Source of the DNA: Snowella sp.
Lineage (GTDB): Bacteria > Cyanobacteriota > Cyanobacteriia > Cyanobacteriales > Microcystaceae
Direction of reading: 5' to 3'
Assembly: GCA_035285405.1 (NCBI GenBank)
Contig: JAYKJI010000366.1
Location: forward strand, 5,823-69,822
Length of the DNA: 64,000 nt
A program made the position numbers and the translations under genes. The number at the start of each line of letters is the position of its first letter. The stretch's first letter is position 1. Below the pieces are notes generated by a model. It was not told where the DNA came from. It saw only the letters and a list, made by a program, of their open reading frames with translations, and searched no databases. Shown here one piece after another: positions 27,856 through 38,620 of this stretch.

Positions 27856-28842
27856 TTAACTAGCCGCAATATATTCTTCCATATTGGAACGACGACGACG
27901 TAGTTGGGCCAGGGCCTGATGTTCTAATTGACGTACCCGCTCCCGACTAATATTGAGGCGTTGCCCGATTTTAGCCAGGGATAACTCCTTACCATCTTCT
28001 AAACCAAAGCGAAGGGTCAGGACAGCTTGTTGTTGGGGGGTTAATTCCGCAATCATACTATGGAGATCCTGGCGCATTAACTCCTGGGTGATGTATAGAT
28101 CGGGGGAAATACCATCATCTTCCAACAGTTCGGAGAGTTCTGTGTCCTGATTGTCTCCTACCCGCACATCTAGGGAAATCGGTTGACGCGCAATGCTGAG
28201 ATACTCCCGAATTTGTCCAGGCTCAAGCTCTAGCACATCGGCAATTTCGCTGGGAGTGGCACTGCGGCCCAGACGTTGGGCTAATTCCCGTTGGGTTTTT
28301 TTAATTTTATTAAGTTTTTCGGTAATGTGAATGGGTAAACGGATGGTTCGGCCCTGTTGCGCGATCGCCCTGGTAATGGCCTGACGAATCCACCAGTAGG
28401 CATAGGTCGAAAATTTATACCCCTTGGTCGGATCAAATTTTTCTACGCCCCGTTCCAAACCCAGGCTGCCTTCCTGAATGAGATCCAAAAATTCCATATT
28501 GCGCTTTTGATACTTCTTGGCGATCGCTACCACCAGACGTAAATTCGCCTCAATCATTTTTTGTTTGGCCCGATTGCCCTGGATCAGCAAACGATTTAAC
28601 TCCTCTTGACTGAGACTAACGGACTCAAGCCATTCCTCATTACTCGGTTCTCGGCCTAAGGTTTGAGCAAGCATCTCTTTTTGTTCCAGAAGAATCATCA
28701 TCTTCTGCACTTGTTTGCCGTAGATAATCTCTTGTTCATGGGTGAGTAACGGAACCCGACCAATTTCATGCAGATAAGTCCGCACCATATCCGCCGAGTA
28801 AGAAGGTTGTTTTGTCATGGTGTTGAGGTTAGCGGTGGGCAT
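27856..28842 (-). CDS. RNA polymerase sigma-70 factor, group 2
   Basis: 328-aa ORF. Region 2 is 'NLRLVVAIAKKYQKRNMEFLDLIQEGSLGLERGVEKFDPTKGYKFSTYAYWWIRQAI' and region 4 is 'LSLAKIGQRLNISRERVRQLE'. Confidence 0.9.
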   Translation of the reverse strand: MPTANLNTMTKQPSYSADMVRTYLHEIGRVPLLTHEQEIIYGKQVQKMMILLEQKEMLAQTLGREPSNEEWLESVSLSQEELNRLLIQGNRAKQKMIEANLRLVVAIAKKYQKRNMEFLDLIQEGSLGLERGVEKFDPTKGYKFSTYAYWWIRQAITRAIAQQGRTIRLPIHITEKLNKIKKTQRELAQRLGRSATPSEIADVLELEPGQIREYLSIARQPISLDVRVGDNQDTELSELLEDDGISPDLYITQELMRQDLHSMIAELTPQQQAVLTLRFGLEDGKELSLAKIGQRLNISRERVRQLEHQALAQLRRRRSNMEEYIAAS

Positions 28843-29062
28843 TGCGGCATTAACTCCTTAAAAACCAACAGAAGATCTGCTTTGTTGCTATTCCTATCTT
28901 TCCCAGAATGAGATTAAACATCTACAACCCGGATTAAAATAAGAACGAAGTCGGTATGACTTTGATTTATCTCCATCATAGATCATCGGGAGCATGATTA
29001 TAGAGATCAAGTTTTTAGACGTTATCTTTGGGGGTGGGGTTCAAGGGCGATCAGTAGGGAGA

Positions 29063-29632
29063 TCACACCAATTCTCTGCGTCCTTCTAAAGCTCTAGCCA
29101 GAGTCACTTCATCGGCATATTCCAGATCGCCCCCCATCGGTAAACCGAACGCAATACGAGTGACCTTAGTAAAAGGTTTAAGTAATTGGCCAACGTAAAG
29201 AGTGGTTGTTTCTCCTTCCACACTGGGCGCGATCGCTAAAATCACTTCCCCAATGCCCTCTCGACTGACCCGTTTGACCAAGGCTTGGATCGATAATTGT
29301 TCTGGCCCGATACCATCCATGGGCGAAATGACTCCTCCTAAAACATGGTACTTGCCGCTATATTCGCGGGTTTTCTCCAGCGCAATAACATCCCTAGAAT
29401 CTGCCACCACACAAAGCATTTGGCCGTTACGGTTTGGGTTACGGCAAATTTCGCAGACAGATTCGGCGGAGAGATGGAAACAGACCTGACAGAGACCCAC
29501 CTGTTTTTTGGCATCTAGAATTGCCTGGGTCAGCATTTGGATATCTTTTTCAGGACGTTTGAGGAGATGGAGAGCAAGTCTTTGGGCTGACTTGGGGCCA
29601 ACTCCAGGGAGACGTTGAAGTTGTTCAATCAA
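29063..29632 (-). CDS. recR: recombination protein RecR
   Basis: HhH '[17 protein letters not shown]', a C4 zinc finger '[16 protein letters not shown]' and a Toprim region. The track start is TTG. The frame stays open ~9 codons further upstream without an ATG. Confidence 0.9.
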   Translation of the reverse strand: MIEQLQRLPGVGPKSAQRLALHLLKRPEKDIQMLTQAILDAKKQVGLCQVCFHLSAESVCEICRNPNRNGQMLCVVADSRDVIALEKTREYSGKYHVLGGVISPMDGIGPEQLSIQALVKRVSREGIGEVILAIAPSVEGETTTLYVGQLLKPFTKVTRIAFGLPMGGDLEYADEVTLARALEGRRELV

Positions 29633-29754
29633 ACGAGCAAGGGGAGGGGTATAAATAGTTAAAGCTCCTGATCATGAAGGCTTTAAAAGGGGGAATTTTA
29701 TTGTAGTCCGACTCGCTAGGATTTACGATATGATGGGGGCAGTTTTTTCTCTGG

Positions 29755-30093
29755 TTAGTCCTGATTGACTTCCTCATGCTCCAAACTCCAATCGTGTAGG
29801 GCGTAGATGAGCGGCTCTAAACTTTTACCGAGGTCAGTCAGGGAATATTCAACTTTGGGTGGGATCTCTGCATAGACAACTCGCTGGAGTAGTTGATCTT
29901 GTTCTAGTTCTCGTAATTGTTGAGTCAAGACTTTTTGGGTGATGGGAGAGAGAGACTTTTGCAATTCGCCAAAACGCTTTACGCCAGTAAATAATTGACG
30001 CAAAATTAGTAGTTTCCAACGGCCACCAATCATTTTTAAAACATTTTCCGCCGGACAGGGTAATGCGCTGAGAGGAAGGCGATCGCGTTGCAT
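29755..30093 (-). CDS. HxlR-family winged-helix transcriptional regulator
   Basis: 112-aa ORF. 'CPAENVLKMIGGRWKLLILRQLFTGVKRFGELQKSL'. It is divergent from the pirin gene. Confidence 0.8.
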   Translation of the reverse strand: MQRDRLPLSALPCPAENVLKMIGGRWKLLILRQLFTGVKRFGELQKSLSPITQKVLTQQLRELEQDQLLQRVVYAEIPPKVEYSLTDLGKSLEPLIYALHDWSLEHEEVNQD

Positions 30094-30237
30094 GGTGCTT
30101 GAATACAGTCAGTATCCTTGAGGGAACTTAGCCACTTTTGGGTATCCTCTTCCAACTTTAACAATAATTTTGTTACTTTAAATCTATTCAGAAACAACGA
30201 ACTTCATCTCAATCCTCACCTCAATACGGAGAGAATT

Positions 30238-30936
30238 ATGCTACAGCATCGCAAAAGTCAAGAACGAGGTTATGCTAATCATGGTTGGTTAAAAAGCTAT
30301 CATACCTTTGCCTTTGCGGACTATTATGATCCTAATTTTCTGGGTTTTAGAAGTTTACGGGTCATTAACGAAGATTTTGTCCAGGCTGGAGCAGGTTTTC
30401 CGACCCATGGTCATCGAGATATGGAAATTATTACCTATGTTCTAGAAGGACAATTAGAACATAAGGATGATTTGGGCAATGGTTCGGTGATTCAGCATGG
30501 CAAAATTCAACGCATGACCGCCGGTACAGGGATCAGACATAGTGAATTTAATCCTTCTGCCCAGGAACTAGTGCATCTTCTACAAATTTGGATTTTACCG
30601 AATCAGACGGACTTAACCCCTAGTTATGAGGAAAAGGAAATTGATCTTAGTCCTTCCATCGGTTGTTTTCAGGCGATCGCTACTAGTGATGGTCGAGATC
30701 AAACCATTACGGTGCATCAGGATATGAGTTTATCAACCGCTCAACTAAAAGCAGGAACCAATCTGCAACACCCCTTTGATCCCCAGCGTTATGGTTGGTT
30801 ACAAGTGGCGAAGGGAAATCTGTTGTTAAATGGTTTAAGTCTAGAAACAGGGGACGGAGTTGCTATTAGCCAAGAATCGTTACTAGATCTGACGGCTGAC
30901 ACTGATAGTGAACTATTATTATTTGATCTGGCATAA
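30238..30936 (+). CDS. pirin family protein
   Basis: 'GFPTHGHRDMEIITYVLEGQLEHKD' is the cupin metal site. The ATG at 30238 (MLQHRKSQERG) fits the family N-terminus. The track ORF starts at 30118. Confidence 0.85.
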   Translation: MLQHRKSQERGYANHGWLKSYHTFAFADYYDPNFLGFRSLRVINEDFVQAGAGFPTHGHRDMEIITYVLEGQLEHKDDLGNGSVIQHGKIQRMTAGTGIRHSEFNPSAQELVHLLQIWILPNQTDLTPSYEEKEIDLSPSIGCFQAIATSDGRDQTITVHQDMSLSTAQLKAGTNLQHPFDPQRYGWLQVAKGNLLLNGLSLETGDGVAISQESLLDLTADTDSELLLFDLA

Positions 30937-30960
30937 TTGACTTTGCTATCAATGGAGCAT

Positions 30961-30984
30961 AGGTGAGCAAGACTCACCTTTTTT
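30961..30984 (+). terminator. rho-independent terminator downstream of the pirin gene
   Basis: The 7-bp stem aggtgag (30961-30967) pairs with ctcacct (30973-30979). The loop is caaga and the stem runs into a T6 tract. Confidence 0.6.
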
Positions 30985-31073
30985 GAAGTGTTGTCTGAAA
31001 CTTCTGAGACTTCCATTTATCTCGGTATGACTTATCTGATGTTACGACAATTGGCCTAAACGCACTCTCTTAA

Positions 31074-32288
31074 TTAGAGCTTAAGCTCAATTTCCCGTTT
31101 ACTAAAAGGTAAATCCTGATTAATTGCCTCAATTTCAGCCTGTTCAAGTTGATTAATTTCGTCAATATAGTATTGTAAAATCTGGGTCATCTTGGGATGA
31201 TAGAAACGATGCAAACTATAATTAGGAGTAGCAGGAAAACCTCGCCGCCGTTTATGTTGCCCGCCCGCCCCAGGATCAAAAAGAGTTATCCCTTGTTGAA
31301 TGGCCCAATCAATAGGTTGATAATAACAAGCTTCAAAATGAAGACAGTCGTACTCCTGTAAGCTGCCCCAATAACGACCATAAAGATTTTCTCCCTTGCG
31401 TAAACAGAAAGAAAGGCCAACAGGATGTTCATTTTCAACCTGATCAAAGGCATCATTGTAGGCGGCAATCAGAACAACGCGATCGCGGTATTTAGGATAA
31501 AGTTGTTCAAAAAATCTCCTTGTTAAATATTTACTACCCCAATAAAACTTGTCACAAGTACTACTATAAAACCGATAAATCAGGGGATAAAGATGATGAG
31601 GCACTTCTTCCCCAGCAAATACCTTAATATTTAATCCGGCTTTAACGACAGATTTTCGCTCTCGTTTAATATTACGGCGTTGATTTGCATTAAAAATAGA
31701 CAAATAATCTTCAAATTGCTCAAAACCTTGATTTTTCCAAATATAGCTATGGTGTAACCAATGGGAAAAACCTAAATGAGCCATCACTTTTCGCCATTCA
31801 GGATCAACAAAGAGAAAGTTACAACCCGATAAACCCTGGCGATCGCAGAAATGATCAATGGCGGATACCATCTGCTGCGTAATTTCCCACTCATCCTCAT
31901 CAGGTGCGATCAGAAAACGATAACCCTCGGCGGGGGTAAAGGGAGCCATTCCCAATAACTTAGGATAGTAACGAATGCCTAAACGATGACCCAGATCAGC
32001 CCACTGATGATCAAAAACAAATTCACCGTAGCTGTGACCCTTAACATAAAGAGCCGCCGCACCGACCAATTCTTTATTTTTCCAAATGGTTAAATGAGAA
32101 GGTTGCCAACCCGTTTTGGCCGTAGCACTACCGGAGGTTTCTAGGTTATTTAACCATTCCCATTCTAAAAAAGGCGTTTTGAGGGGTAATGCTAAAGCAT
32201 CCCAAGCGGATTGGGGAATATCTGCAATTCTTTGATGCCAAGTAACCGAGTAGGGGGAAGAATGGGATTTGAACTGGGATTTGAACAT
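31074..32288 (-). CDS. GNAT/FemAB-like acyltransferase (COG3146, DUF482-type)
   Basis: ~404 aa from the ATG at 32288. 'GEFVFDHQWA', 'PFTPAEGYRFL' and 'YGRYWG' are blocks I associate with this family. Confidence 0.55.
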   Translation of the reverse strand: MFKSQFKSHSSPYSVTWHQRIADIPQSAWDALALPLKTPFLEWEWLNNLETSGSATAKTGWQPSHLTIWKNKELVGAAALYVKGHSYGEFVFDHQWADLGHRLGIRYYPKLLGMAPFTPAEGYRFLIAPDEDEWEITQQMVSAIDHFCDRQGLSGCNFLFVDPEWRKVMAHLGFSHWLHHSYIWKNQGFEQFEDYLSIFNANQRRNIKRERKSVVKAGLNIKVFAGEEVPHHLYPLIYRFYSSTCDKFYWGSKYLTRRFFEQLYPKYRDRVVLIAAYNDAFDQVENEHPVGLSFCLRKGENLYGRYWGSLQEYDCLHFEACYYQPIDWAIQQGITLFDPGAGGQHKRRRGFPATPNYSLHRFYHPKMTQILQYYIDEINQLEQAEIEAINQDLPFSKREIELKL

Positions 32289-32634
32289 GGCAAGGGTAAG
32301 CAAAATTCGGTTTTTTATAGCGTACCGTAACACGTTTTAATGACAAGTGTCGTGAAGAAAACGGTCTTGCTCAAGCGTTTTAACCCCTAAAAGTGGCAAA
32401 GATTTCGCATGGGATCATCATAAACTGTCCGCCCTGATCGCTAAGAGCATTACTATGAGGGGTTTAGAGTCCGGAGAAAAATTGATCATTGTCAGTCAAG
32501 GGAGTAAACTGCTTACCCAGTCATCACCAAAATTTGTAACAAAGTCAAGAACCATTCGATATCATTGAGGGGAGATTGTCGCCAATATCTCTATTGATGT
32601 TCAGATTAATTGTACTGTAACTTGGAAGAAAGCC

Positions 32635-32928
32635 GTGTCCACAGAAGTCCTAGAAAAGCGTTCCACCATCTCTGAAACCATCCGTAAACCGGCCCCTCGC
32701 TATAAGGTTCTCCTGCATAATGACGACTTTAATTCGATGGAATATGTCGTTCAAACCCTAATACAAACAGTTGCAGGACTCACTCAACCCCAGGCCGTCG
32801 ATATTATGATGGAAGCCCATACTAACGGTCTGGCCCTGGTGATTACTTGTGCCTTAGAACATGCTGAATTTTATTGTGAAACTCTCAACCATCATGGATT
32901 GATTAGCACCATTGAGCCAGATGAATAG
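32635..32928 (+). CDS. clpS: ATP-dependent Clp protease adaptor ClpS
   Basis: 97-aa ORF with a GTG start. 'YKVLLHNDDFNSMEYVVQTL...QAVDIMMEAHTNGLALV'. Confidence 0.85.
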   Translation: MSTEVLEKRSTISETIRKPAPRYKVLLHNDDFNSMEYVVQTLIQTVAGLTQPQAVDIMMEAHTNGLALVITCALEHAEFYCETLNHHGLISTIEPDE

Positions 32929-32994
32929 ATGAATAATAAGTAAACAAACAGCGATCGCCCGATAGGTTCCTGATTATTAGCGCAAAATATTGAA

Positions 32995-33435
32995 CTAAGA
33001 TAGTGCAAATAAATCTAGCGGAAAATAACCATAGGTTCCAGCCAAAGTCTGATCTTCAGATTGACAGGCAATTAAAACACCGCGATAGGTTCCTTCATAG
33101 CGATCGCTGTAGTGACTCATTTTTTGGGTATTAAATTTTAAATAAATCGGTTCATGCTCTTTTGATTCAGAAAAGATAGAGGAATCTAACTGACCCGTGT
33201 AACCTAAAGCAGCAAGATACTGATTTAAAGTCGTAATGGCCACCTCCAGACGATCAGCACAAATGCCGAGATTTTCGTATTCCGATGCTTGACAAACCTG
33301 AATGATGGCTTGTTGTAATGCCTCTTTTTCAGTCGTTGAAGCGGGAACTTTGACCGTTAAACAACTATAGCTTTTCAATAGAGCTAGATCTTGGGATAGG
33401 GAATTCACGACCGTGGAAGGGGTTAAGTCTGGCAT
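32995..33435 (-). CDS. conserved cyanobacterial hypothetical protein (DUF1824-like)
   Basis: 146-aa ORF. The family assignment is from memory of similar cyanobacterial proteins and is unverified. Confidence 0.4.
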   Translation of the reverse strand: MPDLTPSTVVNSLSQDLALLKSYSCLTVKVPASTTEKEALQQAIIQVCQASEYENLGICADRLEVAITTLNQYLAALGYTGQLDSSIFSESKEHEPIYLKFNTQKMSHYSDRYEGTYRGVLIACQSEDQTLAGTYGYFPLDLFALS

Positions 33436-33699
33436 AATGACGAATAGCAGTTAACAAAGAAAAAAATTATCCTACAAAACTCTCATCCAGCCTATCAGAG
33501 AATGAGTTATTCTAGTTCTGCATAAGTTGAGAGCTAACAGAGAATAGAGGTTTGAGCCTTTTAAAACGATCTAAACATTTTTTTCATAGACTTTTGAGGA
33601 GCAGCAAAAACACCAGTTAATTCAGAATTAGTCATTTGTAGTAATTCACGATTCATATCCTATTGATAGATAAAATTTTTGCTCTCAAAATTCTACGTG

Positions 33700-34866
33700 C
33701 TAGGTCAAACGTTGCCAGGTCAATGAAGTATTATCCTTTTCCCATTGCCATCGCAGTAAATGAGCCGGTTCACGTATAGCGAGATTGGCTAAATTTAGGG
33801 CTTGTCGCGGAGCGTTAGTGGCCAAGGCGATCGCGGTTTCTGGAGAGCAAAGTTGCCATTGAACAAGATTTTTTGTGCCAACCAGTAACGGTAAGGTGGT
33901 TCCCGATAAAGTGCCATCGAGTAATTTTGCAGTACCTCCTTGAACTTCGATTTGGCGATCATCCCAGGAATAAAGACCAGACGGTAAGCCCAAAGGAGCT
34001 AAGGCATCACTAACCAAAAAAACTCCCTGTTCATAGTTACTAGCCCGCAGTAAAATATCGATCATGCTTGGTGCAACGTGTTGGCCATCCGCAATCAGGC
34101 CACAATAGACTTGGGGATGACAAATCGCAGCCGCCAGTAATCCTGGTTGGCGATGATGAAGGGATGGCATCGCATTAAAGGCATGAGTCACCATTCTGGC
34201 CCCTAACTTAAAAGCTTGGTTTGCTTGGGCTTCCGTTGCCTGGGAATGGCCTAAACTAACCGTAATACCAAGGTCAGTAAGGTAGGGAATGAGGGAATTT
34301 GTCGGATCTAATTCGGGGGCAAGGGTGATAATTTTAATCAGATCCCCATCTTCTCCTAATACCCTTTTTAGGTTTTCTAGGGTCAGGGGCAGTAAAAATT
34401 GGGCGGAATGGGCCCCTCGTTTTTGATAATTTAAAAAAGGGCCTTCCAAATGAACTCCTAGAATTTTAGCCACTTTCTCTGTGGGATTATACTGCTCTAA
34501 ATAATGCCGAATGACAGACAGCGATCGCCGAATTTTAGCGATAGAGGTGGTGACAATGGTTGGTGTAAAGGCATCCACACCTTGATGCCAAAGTAATTCA
34601 CCAATTTGCTGTAAAAGTAGGAAATGAGAGTCTTCTAGCTCAGAAAAAGCCAACCCTAAAGCGCCATTAATTTGAAGATCTACTCCACCTTGAGAAATCC
34701 AATCACCTTGAACATCTATTACCTGTTCTGATGTGGAACAGAAAGGCTGAGAATTTTGGGGCATAATTCTATTAATACATCCCTGGGAATCGATTATGAT
34801 TTGTTGTAAACCAGGGTAATTTTTTAAACGAGCATTGGTAATAACCACAGATTGAAGCATCGGCAA
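33700..34866 (-). CDS. nagA: N-acetylglucosamine-6-phosphate deacetylase
   Basis: 388-aa ORF. The amidohydrolase pattern is present: 'GGVDLQING', 'LGVHLEGPFLN', 'ITLAPE', 'VSLGHS', 'THAFNAM'. Confidence 0.8.
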   Translation of the reverse strand: MPMLQSVVITNARLKNYPGLQQIIIDSQGCINRIMPQNSQPFCSTSEQVIDVQGDWISQGGVDLQINGALGLAFSELEDSHFLLLQQIGELLWHQGVDAFTPTIVTTSIAKIRRSLSVIRHYLEQYNPTEKVAKILGVHLEGPFLNYQKRGAHSAQFLLPLTLENLKRVLGEDGDLIKIITLAPELDPTNSLIPYLTDLGITVSLGHSQATEAQANQAFKLGARMVTHAFNAMPSLHHRQPGLLAAAICHPQVYCGLIADGQHVAPSMIDILLRASNYEQGVFLVSDALAPLGLPSGLYSWDDRQIEVQGGTAKLLDGTLSGTTLPLLVGTKNLVQWQLCSPETAIALATNAPRQALNLANLAIREPAHLLRWQWEKDNTSLTWQRLT

Positions 34867-34976
34867 ATTCCCAAAATATCAAAATAAACAAAATTAATCA
34901 GGGGATACGAGGGGGAAAAGCAGGGATAATGAGTGAAATATCGTTATGGCTGTTAACTTAGGTTTCCTAAATTGTG

Positions 34977-36167
34977 ATGAACAAGCGATCGCTGCTGACT
35001 CGTATGGATGCTGTTCAATCTCCCGTCATTCCTCTTGTCGGAAAGTTGATTGCTGAAAATCCTGGCACCATTTCTCTCGGACAGGGTATTGCTTTCTATC
35101 CCCCACCGCCCCAGATTTTAACGGCGATCGCTACTAGTTTTGAGGATGTTACTAACCATCAGTATAAATCGGTGCAAGGGCTTCCCACCTTACAAACCGC
35201 GATCGCTGCCAAGTTAGCCCAGGATAATCAGATCACCATTGAGGCAGGCCAGAATGCGATCATGGTAACGGCGGGGGCCAATATGGGTTTTCTGAATGCC
35301 ATTTTAGCCATTACCTCACCAGGCGATGAAATCATTCTCAATACGCCCTACTACTTCAATCATGAAATGGCCATTCGTATGGTGGGTTGTCAACCGATCT
35401 GTGTACCAACTGATCACCATTATCAACTCCAGGTGGGGGCGATCACCGCCGCCATTACCCCTAGAACCCGTGCGATCGTCACTGTTTCTCCCAATAACCC
35501 CACTGGTGCGGTATATTCTGCCCAAGCCCTTCAGGAAATTAATCAACTTTGTCAGGGGCAAGGTCTCTATCACATCAGCGATGAAGCCTACGAATACTTT
35601 ATCTACAACGGTGTTCAGCACTTTTCTCCTGCTTCTTTACCCCACAGCGCAGCCCATACCATTTCCCTATTCAGTTTGTCTAAGGCCTATGGCATGGCTG
35701 GCTGGCGAATGGGCTATATGGTTATCCCTCAGTCTTTACTGTTGGCAGTTCAGAAAATCCAGGATACTAACTTGATCTGCCCTCCCGTCGTTTGTCAATA
35801 TGCGGTGATCGCGGCTCTAGCGGTGGGTTCTACCTATTGCCAACAGTTTCTACCCGAAATTACCCATAATCGGCACAGACTGCTCACTGCCCTAGGGAAA
35901 ATTTCAGATCTTTGTGATTTGGTGATAACCGAGGGAGCTTTTTATAGTTTTATCAAAGTTCATCTCCCCTACCCCGATCTAGAAATCGTGCAAAGACTCA
36001 TTCGAGAGCATCAGGTAGCCGTTTTACCCGGTTCAACCTTTGGCATGAAAGAAGGTTGCTATCTTCGTATTGCCTATGGAGCTTCACATCAAGAAAACAT
36101 CACAATAGGAACAGAAAGATTAATACAAGGGTTACGGAGCTTGGGTCAGGCAAAAAAAAGCAACTGA
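34977..36167 (+). CDS. pyridoxal-phosphate-dependent aminotransferase (class I/II)
   Basis: 'SPNNPTG' and the PLP-lysine block 'SLSKAYGMAGWRMGY' are present. The ATG is at 34977. Confidence 0.8.
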   Translation: MNKRSLLTRMDAVQSPVIPLVGKLIAENPGTISLGQGIAFYPPPPQILTAIATSFEDVTNHQYKSVQGLPTLQTAIAAKLAQDNQITIEAGQNAIMVTAGANMGFLNAILAITSPGDEIILNTPYYFNHEMAIRMVGCQPICVPTDHHYQLQVGAITAAITPRTRAIVTVSPNNPTGAVYSAQALQEINQLCQGQGLYHISDEAYEYFIYNGVQHFSPASLPHSAAHTISLFSLSKAYGMAGWRMGYMVIPQSLLLAVQKIQDTNLICPPVVCQYAVIAALAVGSTYCQQFLPEITHNRHRLLTALGKISDLCDLVITEGAFYSFIKVHLPYPDLEIVQRLIREHQVAVLPGSTFGMKEGCYLRIAYGASHQENITIGTERLIQGLRSLGQAKKSN

Positions 36168-36251
36168 TCGCTGCCAGCCTAAATTTGAGATCCGCAATTG
36201 TGATAACCTAATCTCAATTTTGGCAAAACTCACCCCGCCTCACCGATTTTT

Positions 36252-37385
36252 ATGCGAATTGCTCTCTTTACAGAAACTTTCTTACCGAAAATCGATGGTA
36301 TTGTCACCCGTCTTAAGCATACTGTTGAACACCTCCAAAGGCAGGGTAATCAAGTTCTAGTCTTCTGTCCTGAAGGGGGCTTAAAAGAATACCAAGGGGC
36401 TAAAATTCATGGGGTGAAGGGAATGCCCTTGCCGCTCTACCCGGAACTCAAATTAGCCATTCCCCGCCCTCATCTGAGAACCGTCATTGAAAAATTTCAG
36501 CCGGATCTGATCCATGTGGTGAATCCCGCCATTTTGGGCGTTGGTGGTATTTATTATGCTAAAACCCTGAATATTCCTCTGGTTGCTTCTTACCATACTC
36601 ATTTACCCCAATATTTGCAGCATTATGGTTTAGGAGCCTTGGAAGGGTTACTGTGGGAACTGTTGAAACTGGGTCATAACCAAGCCAGTCTGAACCTTTG
36701 TACCTCAACCGCCATGGTGGAAGAACTACGCAATCATGGTATTGAACGGGTTGATCTCTGGCAACGGGGAGTAGATACAGAATTATTTCAACCTCATCTC
36801 GTTTCTCGACAAATGCGATCGCGCCTTTCCCAGGGCCATCCTGACTCGCCTTTACTACTCTATGTGGGTCGGGTTTCTGCCGAAAAACAAATCGATGAAA
36901 TTAAACCTGTTCTAGAAGCCATTCCCCATGCTCGCCTGGCCATTGTTGGAGACGGCCCCCACCGTGAAACTCTAATGAGTCATTTTGCTGGCACCCCCAC
37001 CTATTTTGCTGGCTATATGCAGGGACTAGAATTAGCGGCGGCCTTTGCAACGGCGGATGCCTTTATTTTTCCCTCTCGTACCGAAACCCTTGGATTAGTC
37101 TTACTCGAAGCGATGGCAGCCGGTTGTCCAGTGGTTGCAGCGGCCTCTGGTGGAATTCCCGATATTGTTACGGATGGTGTCAATGGTTATCTTTTTGATC
37201 CTCAAGACAGCCAGGGTGCAGTAAAAGCAACCCAACGGTTATTAGATGCCAAGGAAGAACGGGACAGATTACGTCAAAATGCTCGACTGGAGGCTGAACG
37301 CTGGGGTTGGGCGGCTGCAACTCAACAGTTACAGCAATATTATCGTCAGGTCTTAGGAGTGCAATCTTTTCCCCAAGCGGCCTAG
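36252..37385 (+). CDS. sqdX: sulfoquinovosyl diacylglycerol synthase-type glycosyltransferase (SqdX-like, GT4)
   Basis: 377 aa. The N-terminus 'MRIALFTETFLPKIDGIVTRL' and 'FIFPSRTETLGLVLLEAMAAGCPVVAA' match my recollection of SqdX. Confidence 0.75.
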   Translation: MRIALFTETFLPKIDGIVTRLKHTVEHLQRQGNQVLVFCPEGGLKEYQGAKIHGVKGMPLPLYPELKLAIPRPHLRTVIEKFQPDLIHVVNPAILGVGGIYYAKTLNIPLVASYHTHLPQYLQHYGLGALEGLLWELLKLGHNQASLNLCTSTAMVEELRNHGIERVDLWQRGVDTELFQPHLVSRQMRSRLSQGHPDSPLLLYVGRVSAEKQIDEIKPVLEAIPHARLAIVGDGPHRETLMSHFAGTPTYFAGYMQGLELAAAFATADAFIFPSRTETLGLVLLEAMAAGCPVVAAASGGIPDIVTDGVNGYLFDPQDSQGAVKATQRLLDAKEERDRLRQNARLEAERWGWAAATQQLQQYYRQVLGVQSFPQAA

Positions 37386-37591
37386 ACAGCCCCACCGTAA
37401 AGTCGTTCTAAGGCAATCGGAATGGCCACTAGGGTAAGTTTCAAGGCCCAAGGAGCCAAACAAAGGGTTAAAAATAGGGCAAAGGCGGCTGTCACAGCAA
37501 AACAAGGACGGACGACATCTTCCTGCACGTTAAGAAAAATAAAGATCGAGATGGAGGCGATCGCCAATGAAACCAAAGAGAGAACAAGCAT
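37382..37591 (-). CDS. small two-helix membrane protein (hypothetical)
   Basis: 69-aa hydrophobic ORF convergent with sqdX. The two stop codons share the palindrome CTAG at 37382-37385. Confidence 0.3.
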   Translation of the reverse strand: MLVLSLVSLAIASISIFIFLNVQEDVVRPCFAVTAAFALFLTLCLAPWALKLTLVAIPIALERLYGGAV

Positions 37592-37834
37592 AGAACTAAT
37601 CCTTGCCGTATCAGCAATAACTTATAAAAAAGGCAGAAGGCTTTATTTGAAGACTTTCTAAGACCAGCGATTAGGCTGTGAAAAGGAAGATTAAATCTGG
37701 ATTCTCCAACACATTTAATAATATCCCTATTTTGATCACCCTTAAGGGTTTCTTAATCTTTCAGGTTAAGGTTTAGTGATATTACGGTTTCGCTAGAATA
37801 GGATAAGTGAATTTACGCCAGAATCCCAAAATTT

Positions 37835-38551
37835 ATGATCCTTTCGACAAAAACGGTTCAATCTCTCTTTTTAGCAACAACCTTGGGCTTCTTGACCCTG
37901 ATTCCTCCTGCTCAGGCTGAGGATAAAGTCATCCGAACCTTAACTGTGACGGGGGAAGGGGTTGAAAATATTGCCACTAGTTTAGCCCAGGTGGAATTAG
38001 GGGTAGAAGTCACGGCTCCAACAGCAACCGAGGTACAGCAGGATGTGGCTAAACGGACTAATGCGGTGGTGGATTTACTGCGATCGCGGTCAGTGGAAAA
38101 GCTACAAACAACGGGTATTCAATTGCAACCCAACTATGAATATGCCAACAATCAACGCAAGTTAAATGGCTATACCGGAACCAATACCGTCAGCTTTCGC
38201 CTACCCACAGAAGCAGTGGGGGGTTTATTGGATCAATCAGTGAAGGTTGGTGCCACTCGTATTAATGGGGTGAGTTTTATGGCCACCGAGGAAGCGATCG
38301 CCGCCGCCCAAAAAATCGCGCTCAAAAGAGCAACAGAAGATGCCCAATCCCAAGCTAATGCCGTTTTTCAAGCTCTCAAGCTAACCCCCAAAGACGTGAT
38401 ATCTGTCCAGATTAATGGCGCGAATGTTCCGGTTCCCCAACGTTTTCAGACAGACTATATGGTACAAGCAGCGGCCGCTCCGGCTCCAACTCCGGTCATT
38501 GGTGGTGATCAATCGGTGCGGGGTTCCGTCACCTTACAAATTGCCTACTAA
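37835..38551 (+). CDS. SIMPL (DUF541) domain protein, secreted
   Basis: 238-aa ORF with a signal peptide. 'IRTLTVTGEGVENIATSLAQVELGVE' and the C-terminal 'VRGSVTLQIAY' pattern are typical. Confidence 0.7.
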   Translation: MILSTKTVQSLFLATTLGFLTLIPPAQAEDKVIRTLTVTGEGVENIATSLAQVELGVEVTAPTATEVQQDVAKRTNAVVDLLRSRSVEKLQTTGIQLQPNYEYANNQRKLNGYTGTNTVSFRLPTEAVGGLLDQSVKVGATRINGVSFMATEEAIAAAQKIALKRATEDAQSQANAVFQALKLTPKDVISVQINGANVPVPQRFQTDYMVQAAAAPAPTPVIGGDQSVRGSVTLQIAY

Positions 38552-38620
38552 GGTTTAACCGCTTTCTGAATTTCGTCTGACTTGAATCTTGACCAAACTT
38601 GAATTTTGACCCCGTTTTCG

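Noticed and set aside
32356-32568. Open frame without a proper start in the GNAT/clpS divergent region (…GKDFAWDHHKLSALIAKSITMRGLESGEKLIIVSQGSKLL…) that looks vaguely protein-like.
   Set aside because: There is no start codon before the internal Met and no recognisable family. It could be a gene remnant but the evidence is insufficient.
33561-33656. 31-codon minus-strand ORF (MNRELLQMTNSELTGVFAAPQKSMKKMFRSF) between nagA and the DUF1824-like gene. I considered it as a possible leader or RiPP-like peptide.
   Set aside because: It has no processing motif, no neighbouring maturation enzymes and no clear ribosome-binding site. It is too short to support from sequence alone.
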